This document shows, in pieces, positions 1-13,240 of a DNA stretch of 64,000 nucleotides; the stretch's first letter is position 1; each line of letters starts with the position of its first letter. This DNA is from Rhina ancylostomus (lineage: Eukaryota). The notes under the pieces were generated by a model, which did not search any database, was not told the origin of the DNA, and was given only the letters and a program-made list of their open reading frames with translations. The position numbers and the translations under genes are program-made. The stretch is taken from positions 73,500,164 through 73,564,163 of the forward strand of contig JARFYF010000094.1 in the NCBI GenBank assembly GCA_030265395.1, in the 5' to 3' direction.

Positions 1-614
1 AACTGTCTAAAATCTTTGTCGCACTGTTCTTGATCTTTCATTCCTGCAAATACCTTACTGGGGACAGCATTATGTCAGCACATCAAACATTTTTTGCAAT
101 TTTGTTTCCAGCTGAAATCATCACGGAGGAGAAATTGATTTTGGACCAAAGCTGGAAGATTTATGAGCAATGCATTTGGAAATTTTTAATGTGCAACTGA
201 GGAGGAGCATGGAGTTGAGAATGACTTGCACCAAATCTTACCCATTTCCATTCTATTTCTTGATCTTGCCTGCCCTTTTTTTTTGTTGAAGACATTTGTT
301 GGGAATTTTTATCGTGTTCCTCTTGTACCAGCATTGATTTCGGGGGTGACGCTAATTCCATTAAATTACAGTTGCAAATCAAGAGAATCCCAAAGAAATT
401 TTTGGGAGCTGACTTTTTGCAAGCAGCATTTTCTGGTGGACTTGCGTAACTGAGCCTAGATATTGATTCCAACTGGAATATATTCTGTAACAGAAGGCAT
501 CTACCCTGAAATGCTGTCCAGATGTACACCTTTTCCAGCATGCCTTGATACTAGTAGGAAGAATGCTTCATGATGTTTAGCAACTAAAGTAGAAAACAAA
601 TCTTTAGATATTCA

Positions 615-1793
615 GAATTTGATTGAGTTTTTGAAGAAGTAACCAAGAAGTTTGATAAGGGCAGGGCAGTGGATGTAGTCGATGCCTTTTGATAAGGTTT
701 CGAATGGTAGGCTGCTTATGGAAAGTTAGATCGCGTGGGATCTTGGGAGAGCTGGCTAATTGGATACACAATTGGCTTGATGGCAGGAAGCAATGGGTGA
801 TAGTGGAAGGAAGTTTTTTTCCGACTGGAGGCCCGTGACTAGTGGTATTCTCCAAGGGTCGTTGCTAGGCCCATTGCTAATTGTTATCTCTATCAATGAA
901 TTGGATGAAAATGTACAAGGCACAGTTAGTAAGTTTTCAGACAGTGAAGATGATTATCAGGAATAACAGAGGGATCTTGATCAGCTGGTAAGTGGGCCGA
1001 GGAATGGCAAACGGTGTTCAATTGTAATGGCCTTCAAGTGCAAGGTGTTGCATTTTGGGAAGACAAATCAGGATAGGACTTTCATAGTGAATTGTAGGGC
1101 CCTGGGGAACAGAGGGACCAATGAGTACAAGTACAAGGTTCCCTGAAAGGGGCATCTCAGGTAAACAGGGTGGTGAAGAAGGCTTTTGGCAATCTGACCT
1201 TCATTAGTAAAGGCATTGCATATAGAAATTGGGATATTGTGTTGCAGTTGTACAAGACATTAGTGAGGCCGTGTTTGGAATATTGTGTTTAGTTTTGGTC
1301 ACCCTGCTATGGGAAAGATGCCATCAAGCTGGAAAGAATGCAGGGAAGATTTATGAGGATGTGGTTGGGTCTCAAGTAATGGAGAAAGATCAAGCAGGCT
1401 AGGACTTTGTTCATTGGAGCAGAGGAGAATGAGGGGTGATATTATAGAGACACATAACATCATGAGGGGCATAGATAGGCACAGTCTTTTTCCCAGAGTT
1501 GGGGAATCAAGAACTAGAGGACATGGGTTAGGGTGAGAGATTTAATAGGAACCCCAGGGACAACTTTTTCACTCTGTGGTCCATATATAGAAATGAGCTG
1601 CCAGAGGAACTGGTTGTGGCAGGTACATTAACAACATTTAAAAGGCACTTGGACAGGTACATGGATAGGAAAGGTTCAGAGGGATATGGCCCAAATGTGG
1701 GAAAATGGGACTAGCTTAGTTGGGAATCTTGGTCGGCATGGACCAGTTGGGCTGAAGGGCCTGTTTCCACGCTGTATGATTCTGTGGCTCTAT
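615..1793 (+). mobile_element. CR1 LINE, 5'-truncated RT and 3' end, decayed
   Basis: RT motifs (ttgattgagttttttgaagaagtaacc, tggatacacaattggctt, gtgttgcattttggg) and CR1 tail gggcctgtttccacgctgtatgattct. Confidence 0.9.
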
Positions 1794-1931
1794 ACCCACA
1801 TGGTAAAAGAGTAAAACAAACCAATGTCGATAGATTATGAGGAAAAGCTGAAATATTTCTGGATCTAGGATCCTTCTAGATAGTAGTGTAAGACATTTTT
1901 CAACATAAACAAGGGCAGCAATAGTATTTAA

Positions 1932-2198
1932 GTTGGTAAATTGGTCTTTTATTGTCACATGTACAGTGAAAAACTTGCAGTGTATACAGTCCATACAGAT
2001 CAATTAATTACAACAGTACAACAGTGAGGTAGTGCAAGGTAAAACAATAACAGAATGCAGAATAAGGTGTTACAGTTACAGAGAAAGTGCAATACAGGCG
2101 GACAATAAGGTGCAAGGCCATAACGAGGTAGATTTTGGGGTCAAGAATCGACCTTATCGTACTATGGGACCATTCGATAGTCTTATAACAGTGGGATA
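1932..2198 (-). mobile_element. Non-LTR retroelement 3' end (Rex/L2-like; family uncertain)
   Basis: Reverse complement resembles 59745-59970: accttgcaccttattg ... ttttcactgtacatgtgacaataaa plus an accaat tail. Confidence 0.65.
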
Positions 2199-2329
2199 GA
2201 CATTTATCAAGATTTTGAATGTTTATTGCAGCAAATTGACATGTACTTTTGAAAAATAATGAGAATTTGTGCACGAAGAGTAACGATACTCTAGAATATT
2301 TTTTGTTGAATGTATGCAAGAATTGAACT

Positions 2330-2942
2330 TGTGGAAGGAATGCCAGGGTACCTTAATATCAAAATTGCTGTTCATTAATCATGCTGCACATAAGGATCTT
2401 TCTGTCATGTTTACATTCATTACAGCAGTGACTGCATTTCAAAAGTAATTTTCCATTAGTTTAAAAGCCATTATCTTTTCATCTTTGTCTCCAAGACAGA
2501 AGGCAAGGATTGAAAACCTATTCTGGAGACCTGAGCGCATAATCCAAGATGACACTTCTCTGTAGTATTAAGAAAGTTCCTGATTACTTAGGTCCTGAAC
2601 AATTTGATCTTCAAGACATTTGTGGAAATGCAGCAGTTAAATTATTATGTAGCAAGATCCTGCATGTGGTTGCAAAATAGGTTCAGATAATCTGTTGGGG
2701 ATGACGCTAGTTGAAGTATAAACATTTGTCAGGGTTCCCTGGTCCTCCTCTAAAATATTGCCATAGGACATTTATGTCCACCTGAGGGAGCAGACAGATT
2801 CCCAGTTTAACAACTCAGCTGGCACATCTAGCAGTGCACCCTCAATCAGTACTACATTTAAGTGTCAGATTAGCTCTTGTGCTCGAGTCTCTTGGGGTGG
2901 AACCTGAACAGAGAGTGCTACCACTAAGCCACAGCTGACACA
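2330..2942. mobile_element. Cluster of Deu-domain tRNA-derived SINE remnants (minus copy about 2620-2942, plus fragments 2330-2600)
   Basis: Minus strand reads tgtcagctgtggcttagtggtagcactct (tRNA-like head), ccctcaggtggacat, aacagattatctg, gatcttgct. Plus strand shows tail-like cagtgactgcatttcaaaagtaat. Confidence 0.6.
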
Positions 2943-4024
2943 AGGAAATTGGTAAACAATTTTATTTTTACCTTTTATCTATCGAGGGACTATATTACTT
3001 ACTCCAAGAGCAGACACATTGGTGCCATTAATCTCTGAATGCACAGGTTGTATTCTAGATTTTAAGTGTCAAAACTTGAATGCACAAATTTGCCATGGCT
3101 AGGATCTCCTCAAACCAGGTTGTCTTTTGTATGTGATATTTCTGTATATGCAGCAAAAATGTAGAACCTAACGTATCCTGTAGCTCAGCTATTCTCTGAG
3201 TTCAGCCTGAACTTCTCCAGGTGGGGAAAACCTGTTAAGGCAAACTGAGGAGCAAAACTCAAAACTTGACCAAATGCCGCACTACAATAAAAATAAATAC
3301 ACACCTGAGTCACCTCTATGTTTATGTGATCACCTGTTCCTTTGGTGACATTATTACAAAGTAGGATTCCAGGAAAAAAGCTCCATTTGCAAAAACAATA
3401 ACTTGAGGATTTCCTTTCTAGCTAGATCTGTTTGAACACTTCAGCACTGACACAGAATTCTTCACAGTATCACAATAACTTGGGAAGAGTATTACACTGA
3501 AATGTCCTCCTGATGCTTAAGGGGCAATTTAAACAAAAAAGCCTGTACACATGCTGCCAACGTCTAAGCACAAATGAGCTGATGGCAACAGATAATGTGA
3601 ATCCAGTTCATCTGTGTAATCTTTCTGGTATTCGAGGTGCATTGCTACTGAAGTTCTGGAATTGCCAGGACTGAATGCCTTGCCACCAGCAATTGAATAA
3701 GATGGTTTCTGAACAATGCTGCATCCATTTCATCAACTGACTGAAATGGCATTATAGTGACAGCACAGCTCAGGCACACTCTGATTGCATTGTGCAGCAG
3801 CTGTTTAATTTAAATGAAATTCAAGTGCCTAATCAGTCCACTGCACAACCTGTGTGTGGGCTTCCAGCAGCCTTGAACTCACCATTAGAGCATGCAGCAT
3901 GATTCTGTGATGTTATAGCCACTGAGCATTCGCTACTGATGACATTAGAAAACAGGTGTCCTCAGAGTGAGAGGTATTAAAAGGCACTACAAATATAAAC
4001 TGCAGCCATTTTTAAAAAAAAAAG

Positions 4025-4450
4025 TATATTCATCAGTGGAAAATGTCCTAAGTTATTTCATAAGAGTGTGAGAAAAATTCAAATTGATTAAAAAGTCAGA
4101 GGTGACAAGATGGGTGAGTGAAGCTTGTTTTGAGAGCCTCAAAAGAAGAGGGAGATGTGAAGGTGCAGAGTTTACAGAGGAAATTTTGGAGCTAACCTTA
4201 AAGTGTAGTGGGGTGAAGGAAGGCCGCAGCTGGAAGAGTGTAGAGTGCTTAATGTTTTGGACCTAAGAAACCTATGGAGGAGGTGGCCCACAAAGGGATT
4301 TGAACACATTAGCATTTTAACAATGAGATGGATGATAGACTAGGAGCAGGCAGTGCAAGTCACTAGACACATTTGATGGCTGTGTGAGATTTGATGCAGC
4401 TTGGGATGTGGGCAGCAATGTACTGAACCATTGAAATTTTCAAAAATAGC
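4025..4450 (-). mobile_element. Old L2-like LINE 3' remnant
   Basis: Purine-rich pattern (aaaatgtcctaag, gttttgagagcctcaaaagaagaggg, gaggaaattttggagc) typical of antisense L2 3' ends; heavily decayed. Confidence 0.45.
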
Positions 4451-5119
4451 CTTGTATAAAATCTCAGCTAGGTTTAGGCATCTCTTCAGTAATCTGGGAA
4501 CATAATCCCCAATTTTAGGTGAGATACATCAGGTTCTATCTTTTTGTTGTGCTGATTGCAGTTCAAAATTTCAATTTTATTATCACATCAGTAATAATCT
4601 ATTCATGGATGTAACTTTGGCTTAATTATTTATGATGCACTTATTTGTGCACTGCCCTTGCCATGACATCAGCTACACTTTGCAGTCAAGAACATTTAAG
4701 TTGACATTTCTATCTTCTTCTCCTTGATCCCTGGGCTATTGCTGCACTTTCCAATAGTGTATCTGACATTTAAAATGTAGATGTACTGAATTTTCCACTC
4801 GCTTAATCTAAGCAAATTTGTTCTTTTCATCTCCCACCAATGAGTGTGTTTCAGCCTTGTTTTAATCATCCTCCCTGGCTGAACCCTCTTGCTATCATTT
4901 GGGAGTGCTGAGACTTAGCAAACTGATCCAAGGCTAAATTTTTTGTTGTTAGTGAAACCATTGACTTCCACCTCTAATGTTAGCTGCAGCAACTGTACTC
5001 TTCTATCACTGTCAGCATAATCCTAATCCATGTCTTTTGAAGAGCTTTCAATTTGATTACATCAGTGGGAGATTAGAGAACCTGGGAACTGCTTATGATC
5101 AAGGGGATCTTATTTCTTG

Positions 5120-5440
5120 TTGACACAGGAGGAGGCCAATTGGCCCATCTTAACATGCCAGCCCCCAGGGAACAATCTCCATTCTCCCTCATTTCCCTGT
5201 ACTTCCACTACTTTTCCTCCTTTATTTATGCCCATCAACCCCTCTTTGCTTCATTTTCCCATTAACCACGCTAAGGGCTAATTTACAGGAGCAAATTAAC
5301 TAACCGCATATCTTTAGAATGTGGAAGGAAATAAAAGCACCTAGAGGAAGCTCACACTCTCGTAGAGAGAAAGTGCAAACTCTGCACAGACAGCACCCGG
5401 CATAAGGTTCCTGGAGCTGTGAGACAGCAGCACGATCACC
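5120..5440 (-). mobile_element. V-SINE-type SINE with CR1-like tail
   Basis: Antisense V-core (gaatgtggaaggaaa, gcacctagagg, gcaaactctgcacagacagcacc) and head (ctggagctgtgag). Confidence 0.65.
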
Positions 5441-7869
5441 CTTATCTTTGGCAGAGATTTATGGAATTGAGGTTTTGGGTCTCAGCCTACTTTTGTTGAT
5501 ACTGCTAAGCGTTATGTAAACTGATAAGTGAAAGGTCAGAAAGAGATTTCAGCATACTTTTAGGTAGAGGACATTTTGGATGTTGAATGATCCAGGACAA
5601 TAGTGGGATCAGAACTAATAACTGAATAAATATTTGGGAATAGAAGAATAGTATGGGGAAATAATAGTGAAATTGATGTAAATGGATCCTCCTTTCCAAG
5701 ATCTGAGAAGAATGCAGAGAGAACAAATGGTTTCCCTTTGTTTTTTTTAAATTGATTTGTTTGCATGACATAGCTATCGCAGGTGAGGCCAACATTTATT
5801 GTCCAATCCAAATCGGCCCCATAAGCGAAGAGGCTCATTGGGATATTTAAGAGCAATAAAGAGTAAACCACATTGATGGACCTGGATTTAAACTTAGAGC
5901 AGAAAGGATGAGGAGAGCAGATTTCTTTCCTTGAAGGTCATTAGTGAAACAGGTGAGTTTTTATGACAATCCAGAAAGATTGGACTGAATTAAAAATTAT
6001 ACACAAAAGCTTTAAATGAGAAGAAGCTATTTATCGCTCATTCTCAGTGGTAGCTCCACAATTCTTGGTGAATTTCTAATTGTGTTCTCTAATTCCAAAG
6101 AGGCAAAGTGAACAAAATTCGACGATATTCAACTTTGCTACAGGGTCTTTCAGGANNNNNNNNNNNNNNNNNNNNNNNNNNNNNNNNNNNNNNNNNNNNN
6201 NNNNNNNNNNNNNNNNNNNGGAGTGTGTCATCTTTTCATTTACTACAGCTGTCAATATGCATGGCAGCCTGATGTTTTATGCAATTCTATTTTGAAAGAA
6301 GAACTTGTGTGGGCTTAAATTCTTCTGCTGGAAATCTGTTTTGAACACTTGCTGGTATTGTTGTTGGTGGGCGGGTGTGTGTGTGGGGGGTGGTGGAGTT
6401 GCTTCTAAATTTTTTTAAGTTTGTTAATTGCAGTGGAGTTCTGGACATTTTTATTTAATTAATCATGATGGTATTTATCTAGTGAATTCCTGAGGATTAA
6501 GACTTTGTTCTGGAACCTGTTTGGGGCTCTCTGGAACATGTTTTGAGGTCTTAATCATCAGCATAAACACATGGTCTTTTAAACTGCTATTCTTGTATCA
6601 TTCTGAATTTTTTTTCATTTGAAGAAACAACTTTTACTTCTGACGGAAAAGCTAATTTCAAAGTCGAATTAGTTTGGTTGATTTTTATATTGAAGGGTAA
6701 GATTCATTGATATTTCTGAAAATGTGTTCTCTCTATTAAAATGTTATTACATTATAAATTGAATATTTCAATATAGATTTGACATTTCCAAGCAGGAATA
6801 ACTGTCTGGTCAAATTGTAAATGCCAAGGTGGAAGTCTTTTTCAATTTGGTCTCTTTCAAGCTATTTTCCAATGTGCACCGTCATAGAGTATTAAGCTGG
6901 GATTTTGTTGAGGCAGTGGGCTCTGCTACTGGTAACTACAATTAATGCTGATTTATAGTGAATCAATACTCACATGATTCAGATTGTGTTCAATGCTTCT
7001 CGATCCTCAACAGAATACTTTACCTTGATATCCTGCATAATAGTCTGGCTATGAACAGAGAAAGTTCTGCGATTTAGGCAGATGACTTTACAATGATTGA
7101 TGTGTCCATGGTTTTAAATGTTCTTGCTGAAACTGGAGTATTCAATCATTGACTTTTTTCTTTTTAATATTCAAGCCATGAAAGTTTGTAGTTTGGAGCC
7201 TGTCTATCTGAGATTCCTTTGCATCTCATTAACAAACCTATATTTTTATTATTTGCTTCAACACTCCTGGATCTGGGTAGATTTCACTTCTGTCCCTACC
7301 TGTTACAATTGAAATTGTAGTATCTATTGAAATTCTAGCTGCTGAAAATACGTATTAGCATAGTTAATGAAGGATTATTGGTTTGAAAAATGCTGTGGAA
7401 TACTTTCTGAATGTTATGTTGCACTTCATGGGAACTTTAATTAAGATTCACTCCCAGCTGTATGGAATTTCCAAGTTAAAGGATGTGGAATGATTGTCAT
7501 TTATGGACTGGCAGCCAGTTGCTCAGCTGTAGTTCCTGATTAAATCATAGATCATTAATTTAGATGCACATTGACATTTGCAAATATAGTAATTAAAAAT
7601 GTGATAGGTCTATTACTGGCATGCTTCTCGTATGTTTAAGGTGCTGGCATTTGATTAAAATAATATGATGGTATATTGGGGTAGCAATCAGTCAGACAAA
7701 GATGGCATATGGGATAGAGAATCATGTTACTGAATCCTCACCCATTTTGTGGCCCTGCCAGTTTTCTGCAGCCATAAAATTGGAATAATGTGCGACATCA
7801 CTGATGGTTCATTTCAAAGCCCCCAGTGTGAGCTTTGTTCTGTGAACTGTCCTCTTCCTCCTTTTGTAA

Positions 7870-8790
7870 GCAGTTCCTCATGATCAAGAATGACTTGCTT
7901 TCACTTTGGTCCTGTGCATTCTGAGATGGTTGATGGGGCTTTTGCGGGACCTGCAGAATCTACAACAGATGGGGCAGGAGGGGATTGATGGGGGAGAAGT
8001 TTTGAAGGTGGTGCTTTCCTTTCACCATTTATGCTGGGCTTCATTGTGCTTCCAGCATGTGAACATAAGGCTTCTGATTCCATTGCACATACCCACTTGC
8101 TGTTTTTAGCAGTCATGTCCCAGAAATTCCCACAAGTTGGTGGCTAATTTACACTTTTTCAGGGAGGCTTTGAGAACATCCATGCACCTCTTTTGATCCT
8201 CCCCTGGTAATGCCATGCCATGAGATAACTCAACTCAAAGTGGAGTGTCTGTTTTAGAACACTTGTGTCATGCATGCAAACGCTCGGCCTACCAGTGGAA
8301 TCAAAGGCATGTAATTAGGGTCTCAATGCTAGGGAAGCTGGCTGCCAGGAAGAGTTCACTAAGTTTATTCTGCCGGTGGATTTTGGAGACATTTTACAGG
8401 GACAGTGGTGCTATCTGACCAGTGCAGGGATCATTGCTGCCCATTGGAGCATAAGCATTTTGCAAGTTTTCATGTATTGATCTTCAAACCTCTAATGACC
8501 AAAGGCTGTGCTGGCACACTGAAGTTGTGTTGAATTTTATCTCTGATGTCTGCCTTTTTTGAGAGCTAGTTCCCAAGGCGTTGAATGAAATTTACATTTT
8601 CCAGGAGCTCTTATTGTTGAAGTGTGGTGTTGTAGAGTGGGGGCACAATAGGAGAGAACCTTTTGTTTTGCAGGCATTAAGGGTAAGGCCCATTTTGTCA
8701 TATGCTTCAGTGAACAAGTTGACAAACACTTGGAGTTCAATGTCTGTACACTTTCACAAGTTCTGCCTGCATGCTGCAGCTCAACGAACA
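7870..8790 (-). mobile_element. RTE-clade LINE 3' part, decayed
   Basis: Minus-strand translation gives DVLKASLKKC and a C-terminal CRFCRSRKSPINHLRMHR (RTE C-terminal Cys/His motif). Confidence 0.7.
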
Positions 8791-10599
8791 AATCAGTGAT
8801 ACTTTACTGTCATTGCCATTATATTTATATTCAATAGTAACTGAGTCATACAGTGGGCAAGAAAACTTGCCAATTTGATAGATTTATTTGGAGGTAAAAT
8901 TAAAGAAGACCATTGTAGAATCTTTGGGGTAATTTTATAGCCCTTTCAGCAAGAGGGACCAAATTGGAGCAATATCAGCAAAATGTACAGCACCAGTTTT
9001 ATCAATGGGTTGGGGAGTCATTGCTCTGCCCATTGAAGATAGGCTCGTCATTGAGGCCATGTGCCTCAAACTTTTAAGGCCGTTCAAAATTTAAAGCCAA
9101 CGAGCCAGGTTTCAACCAAGACATCCAGCAGCTGAGAGGAAGTGAGAGTCATTATCAAGCCGATCACAGATGTAATTTTCTCTACAGCTTCCTATTCCGT
9201 GAGTTTTTTTGTGATGTACACCTGATAGAAAAGTACTGTGTTACTGAATGGTACAATTCCCTGAGGATCATGCTATCAGGGACTTCAGTGGTCAACTGCA
9301 CAATGAAGGAAGCTCAACATTGTCCCAGTCCGCTCATTTATAAGCAGCATCAGCCCATTATCACACAAGTAGGTGCTTACTTCCCTGGAATCTGCTGCAA
9401 TGTCTCCATTAAAACGCATTCCACACAACTATCACTGCTTTTAATCAGGAAGCTAGATCTCTTGGTGGCTTCTTGTAGTTAATAACCATCTTCAACAGCT
9501 TTGGTACTGCTGTACTTTGCCAAGGTCCCAATGAAACAGTGCTCTAACAAGGGGGCAATTACCCACCAGTGTCATCATTACAAGGGAAGAGACATTTTGA
9601 AGGTATGACGCAGGTATCCGAATTAAACTGGGAATTCCTGTGGATCCTGGGAAGTGTGATCTCATAGACTGTAATGGGATGCTGCCATCTACATAACTTT
9701 ATTTCACAAAGGGTCATCCTCATGGCAACCTCAAAAGCCCATACCACAAACAAGGATTTCTAATGCTAGATAAATAGCTAAAAAATTTGATGTCATCTAG
9801 ACTACAGGAACAAACCACCATCTTTCCTCTATTGACTTCTTGGATGCTGTTTTGCAAAACTGGCAGGCATTTTCCTGTTTGGTCCCAGTTTGAAATTCTC
9901 TGGAGGATTCAATCCCAAACAGATTCAGTTCAGTATTGATAGGAGAACAACTAAAAATGGTATCAAAGCTGTTACATGGTGTTGAGCATTTTTGCAAAAT
10001 TCTTCCTGACATTCTTTCACCAGACCACTATAAGGGTTTCTTTGTAATTGCCTAATCCAGAAAGAACAGATATAGAGTAATGTAGTTACAGCTAATGTGC
10101 AATTAGTGTCAAAGCTAAGAAATCCTGTTACAGATTCAGATATTGGCATTTGATACTTTGTATTTTTTGCTTGTGGTTTGTTGGTGTTGTATTATTACTG
10201 CACAATAGATTGCAGCATGGCAATTGTATGTGCCTTTTGACAACATTGGTTAAAGTAAGTATTACAGCTTAGTTTAAGTAAGGTAAGTATGTGAGGAGTT
10301 TAACTGATTTGTGAACCAAAATTGGCATTACAATAACACTTTCCAAGAGTTAATCAAACTACTGAAACCAATCCACAATTTGGCTATAGACATGGGGACA
10401 AGAAGAGGAGGTTATCCACTTTATGGATACTGCTGATGAAGTGCCTAGACGAGAGATACAAACAATGGAAAAGAATTAGGAAAAGACAGGGGTGCCACAA
10501 ATATTGTAGTCAATGGATAATGGAGTATAAATTCTATCTGATTTATTTAATGAAGATTTCTGTCATGGTCATTACCCTAAAAACCTGATGCTGGTAGTC

Positions 10600-10850
10600 A
10601 CAAAGGCAATTGGCTGCTGTCTTTAAAGAGTTTGTAAGTTCTCCCCGTGTGTCTGCGTGTGTTCCCTCCGGGTGCTCCGGTTTCCTACCACATCCCAAAG
10701 ACATATGGGTTAGGAAGTTGTGGCCATGCTATGTTGGTGCTGGAAGCATGGCGACACTTGCAGGCTGCCCCCAGGACACTCTACGCAAAAAGATGCATTT
10801 CACTGTGTTTTGATGTACATGTGACTAATGAAGATATATTAATCTAAATC
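10600..10850 (+). mobile_element. V-SINE-type SINE immediately upstream of exon A
   Basis: V-core ttctccccgtg...cctccgggtgctccggtttcct.ccacatcccaaagac; very similar to 52298-52480. Confidence 0.8.
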
Positions 10851-10878
10851 TTGAAATTCTTTTCTGTTTAATTCACAG

Positions 10879-10997
10879 GCCCAAAAAAATGAGAGGGAAT
10901 CAATCCGACAGAAGTTGGCACTTGGGAGTTTCTTTGATGATGGCCCAGGAATTTACACCAGTTGTAGCAAGAGTGGTAAACCCAGCTTGTCTTCACG
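10879..10997 (+). CDS. SCHIP1: SCHIP1 internal coding exon A (119 bp, phase 0 to 2)
   Basis: Acceptor ttcacAG|GCC and donor CG|GTGAGT. Translates [39 protein letters not shown](R), matching vertebrate SCHIP1 as recalled. Confidence 0.96.
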
Positions 10998-12989
10998 GTG
11001 AGTATTGGAAACAAAGGTTTACGTCTGTAAAATTCTTGGATGTTGCTTTTTAATCATCCATACCCCATTTCAAGTTAATGATGAAATCTTTGGAGAACAT
11101 TTAATCAATATTTCTCTTACCACCATCAGAGAACTGCAATGATGTCTAGTAAAATATTTTGTAACCCAGTAAAACTCCAATAATCCTCCATCATATTGTT
11201 CAGAAATCCCAATGTTTAGCAACTGGCTCACCTGGTTCTGTTTAAACTCACTCATGCCCATTCCCACTCTCCTTTTCTCAAGATAGTCCTGTTTTCTTTA
11301 ATCTCCCTGGATTTTGATTCCCATGCTCCTTTTAAACTCCCTTTTAAATTTTGTTTCCTTCATTCCCTTTAAGCGCAGCTATTTCACTGAAAAATTTATT
11401 ATATTACAGTGCAACTGATTTTCAACCACCATTCAAAAGTTGTTGACAGTTGAAAATGTTAAAGCAAAAGGTCACCTTTTGGTGCCTCAAAGCCAAGAAG
11501 TCGCATACGTTGGACATCTGAAAAACAGGAAATTCTAAAAATATTCTGCAGGACCTATGGCCAGAGAGAAAAATATTGTATTTTGGGTCAAATCACTTTC
11601 TGATGAAAATCTGCATCCAGAGTTGCATGATTAAGGATTCTGGTCTTGTCCTGTTGAGAGGATTAAACCCACAGCCTGCTGATTCAAAAGAAAAGGTGCT
11701 TTCATTGTAGCAGAACAACAATTGAAAGGTTGTAAAGAGTTTTATAGGATGAGGTAAATCAGGAAGTGGTAAATGCATGACTTCAAGTATGGGTTTTCAG
11801 AAATCTCAGTACTAGAGAGAAGACAGCTTAAGAGAAGACTAGCAGTAGGCTATGGTAGAAAGTTGTGCGATGGGGTTTGATTGCAATACTGATGAATCCA
11901 TTGAGAGGATAATGTATTAGTGATATAATTGTATCTTCTAGAAATGAGATTTTTGACACGTTGTGGGGATACCAAAATTAAGAGTCAGATAGAGGAGACT
12001 TGGTTTTAGTATTAAATCGCCTCTAATGTATTCCATAATAGAATACGAGATATAATATAAGATTTCTTCTACAGAATTGGGAATAGTATGTCATTAGCAG
12101 CTTGTTTTTCTTTGAAGATAAAGTAATTCCTGTAATCCAACAACCCAGACAGAAAATAAATTATCTAGTTCCTGTAAATTGCAAATGAACTAAAATTAGG
12201 ATGTATCTAGAATGTTAGCGCCATTTGTTGAATTTATTGATGTGTTACGGTGTTAAAACAATAATATTAAGAAAATTATCCCTTTCAAAGCAAATCATTA
12301 AATGCCACTGAGAAATTATAAGGTTTAATAAATGTTGGTTTTTCTGTGATCATCTGATTTGTCAGGTTCACCAAACTTAGGATGTAATCAGTTAAATCAG
12401 TGCCTGTACATTAATGCAATGCTCACCTTGATGTTCGAAGCCCTTAAAATACAGTGAATAAGGCCACCCCAAAAAGGTGTATTGAGTGAAAACAGTGTTC
12501 AGTTAATAATAATATACAGACTCAATTATCTTCGATTTGATTATTAATTACACTTGCACCAACAGCTAATAGAGACACCGAGGTTGTGGATGGAAGGCAC
12601 CTTTGGTTCCAATGCCTCAGAGTGTGTGAATATGGATTTTGGGTGCCCACTCTTTTGGTCTCTGATGCATCATTACCACTGCCCCCTGCCATCCACATTC
12701 CTTCGGATAATGGAACACGTGGACATTGGGAGAATGATATCTGATGAGAGGGAATGGGATATTTGGACAAAATGCACAAAGTGTGGTGCCACAACTGCTA
12801 TCGGCACTTTGAAGTCTGGGGGTGGCGGGGGGGATGGTGGCAGGATGGGAAGATGTGGAATTGTGAAAGGGTATTGTTGCGATGGGGACTGAATGCAAGA
12901 GTTTGGATTGTGGTTATTTTCAGTTGTGTAAAACTGGTCAAGACTGTCATGTTTCCCATAATGGGTGGTGGAGATAGGTACCCTCAAAA

Positions 12990-13240
12990 CTCTTAAGAAG
13001 TATCTAGACCATCTAATGTGTTGAAGGCATGGACCAACTGCCGGTAAATGGGATTAATATGCTTACATGGACAAGGTGGANNNNNNNNNNNNNNNNNNNN
13101 NNNNNNNNNNNNNNNNNNNNNNNNNNNNNNNNNNNNNNNNNNNNNNNNNNNNNNNNNNNNNNNNNNNNNNNNNNNNNNNNGGATTAATATGCTTACATGG
13201 ACAAGGTGGACTGAAGGTCCCGTTTCTGTGCTGTAGGACC
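12990..13240 (+). mobile_element. CR1 3' end fragment spanning an N gap
   Basis: aagaagtatctagac...ggtaaatgggatta...gactgaaggtcccgtttctgtgctgta tail. Confidence 0.7.

Noticed and set aside
161-541. 126 aa minus-strand ORF
   Set aside because: No recognisable homology or exon structure; length is compatible with chance.
10250-10290. Consensus donor AAG|GTAAGT about 600 bp upstream of exon A as a possible alternative first exon
   Set aside because: No matching acceptor, promoter or recognisable SCHIP1 N-terminal peptide upstream.
12554-12996. Overlapping ORFs (112 aa and others) with a G-rich tract
   Set aside because: No splice signals or recognisable domain. GYLDKMHKVW followed by a G/T-rich tail looks more like a decayed L1/Tx1 end, but this is too weak to call.
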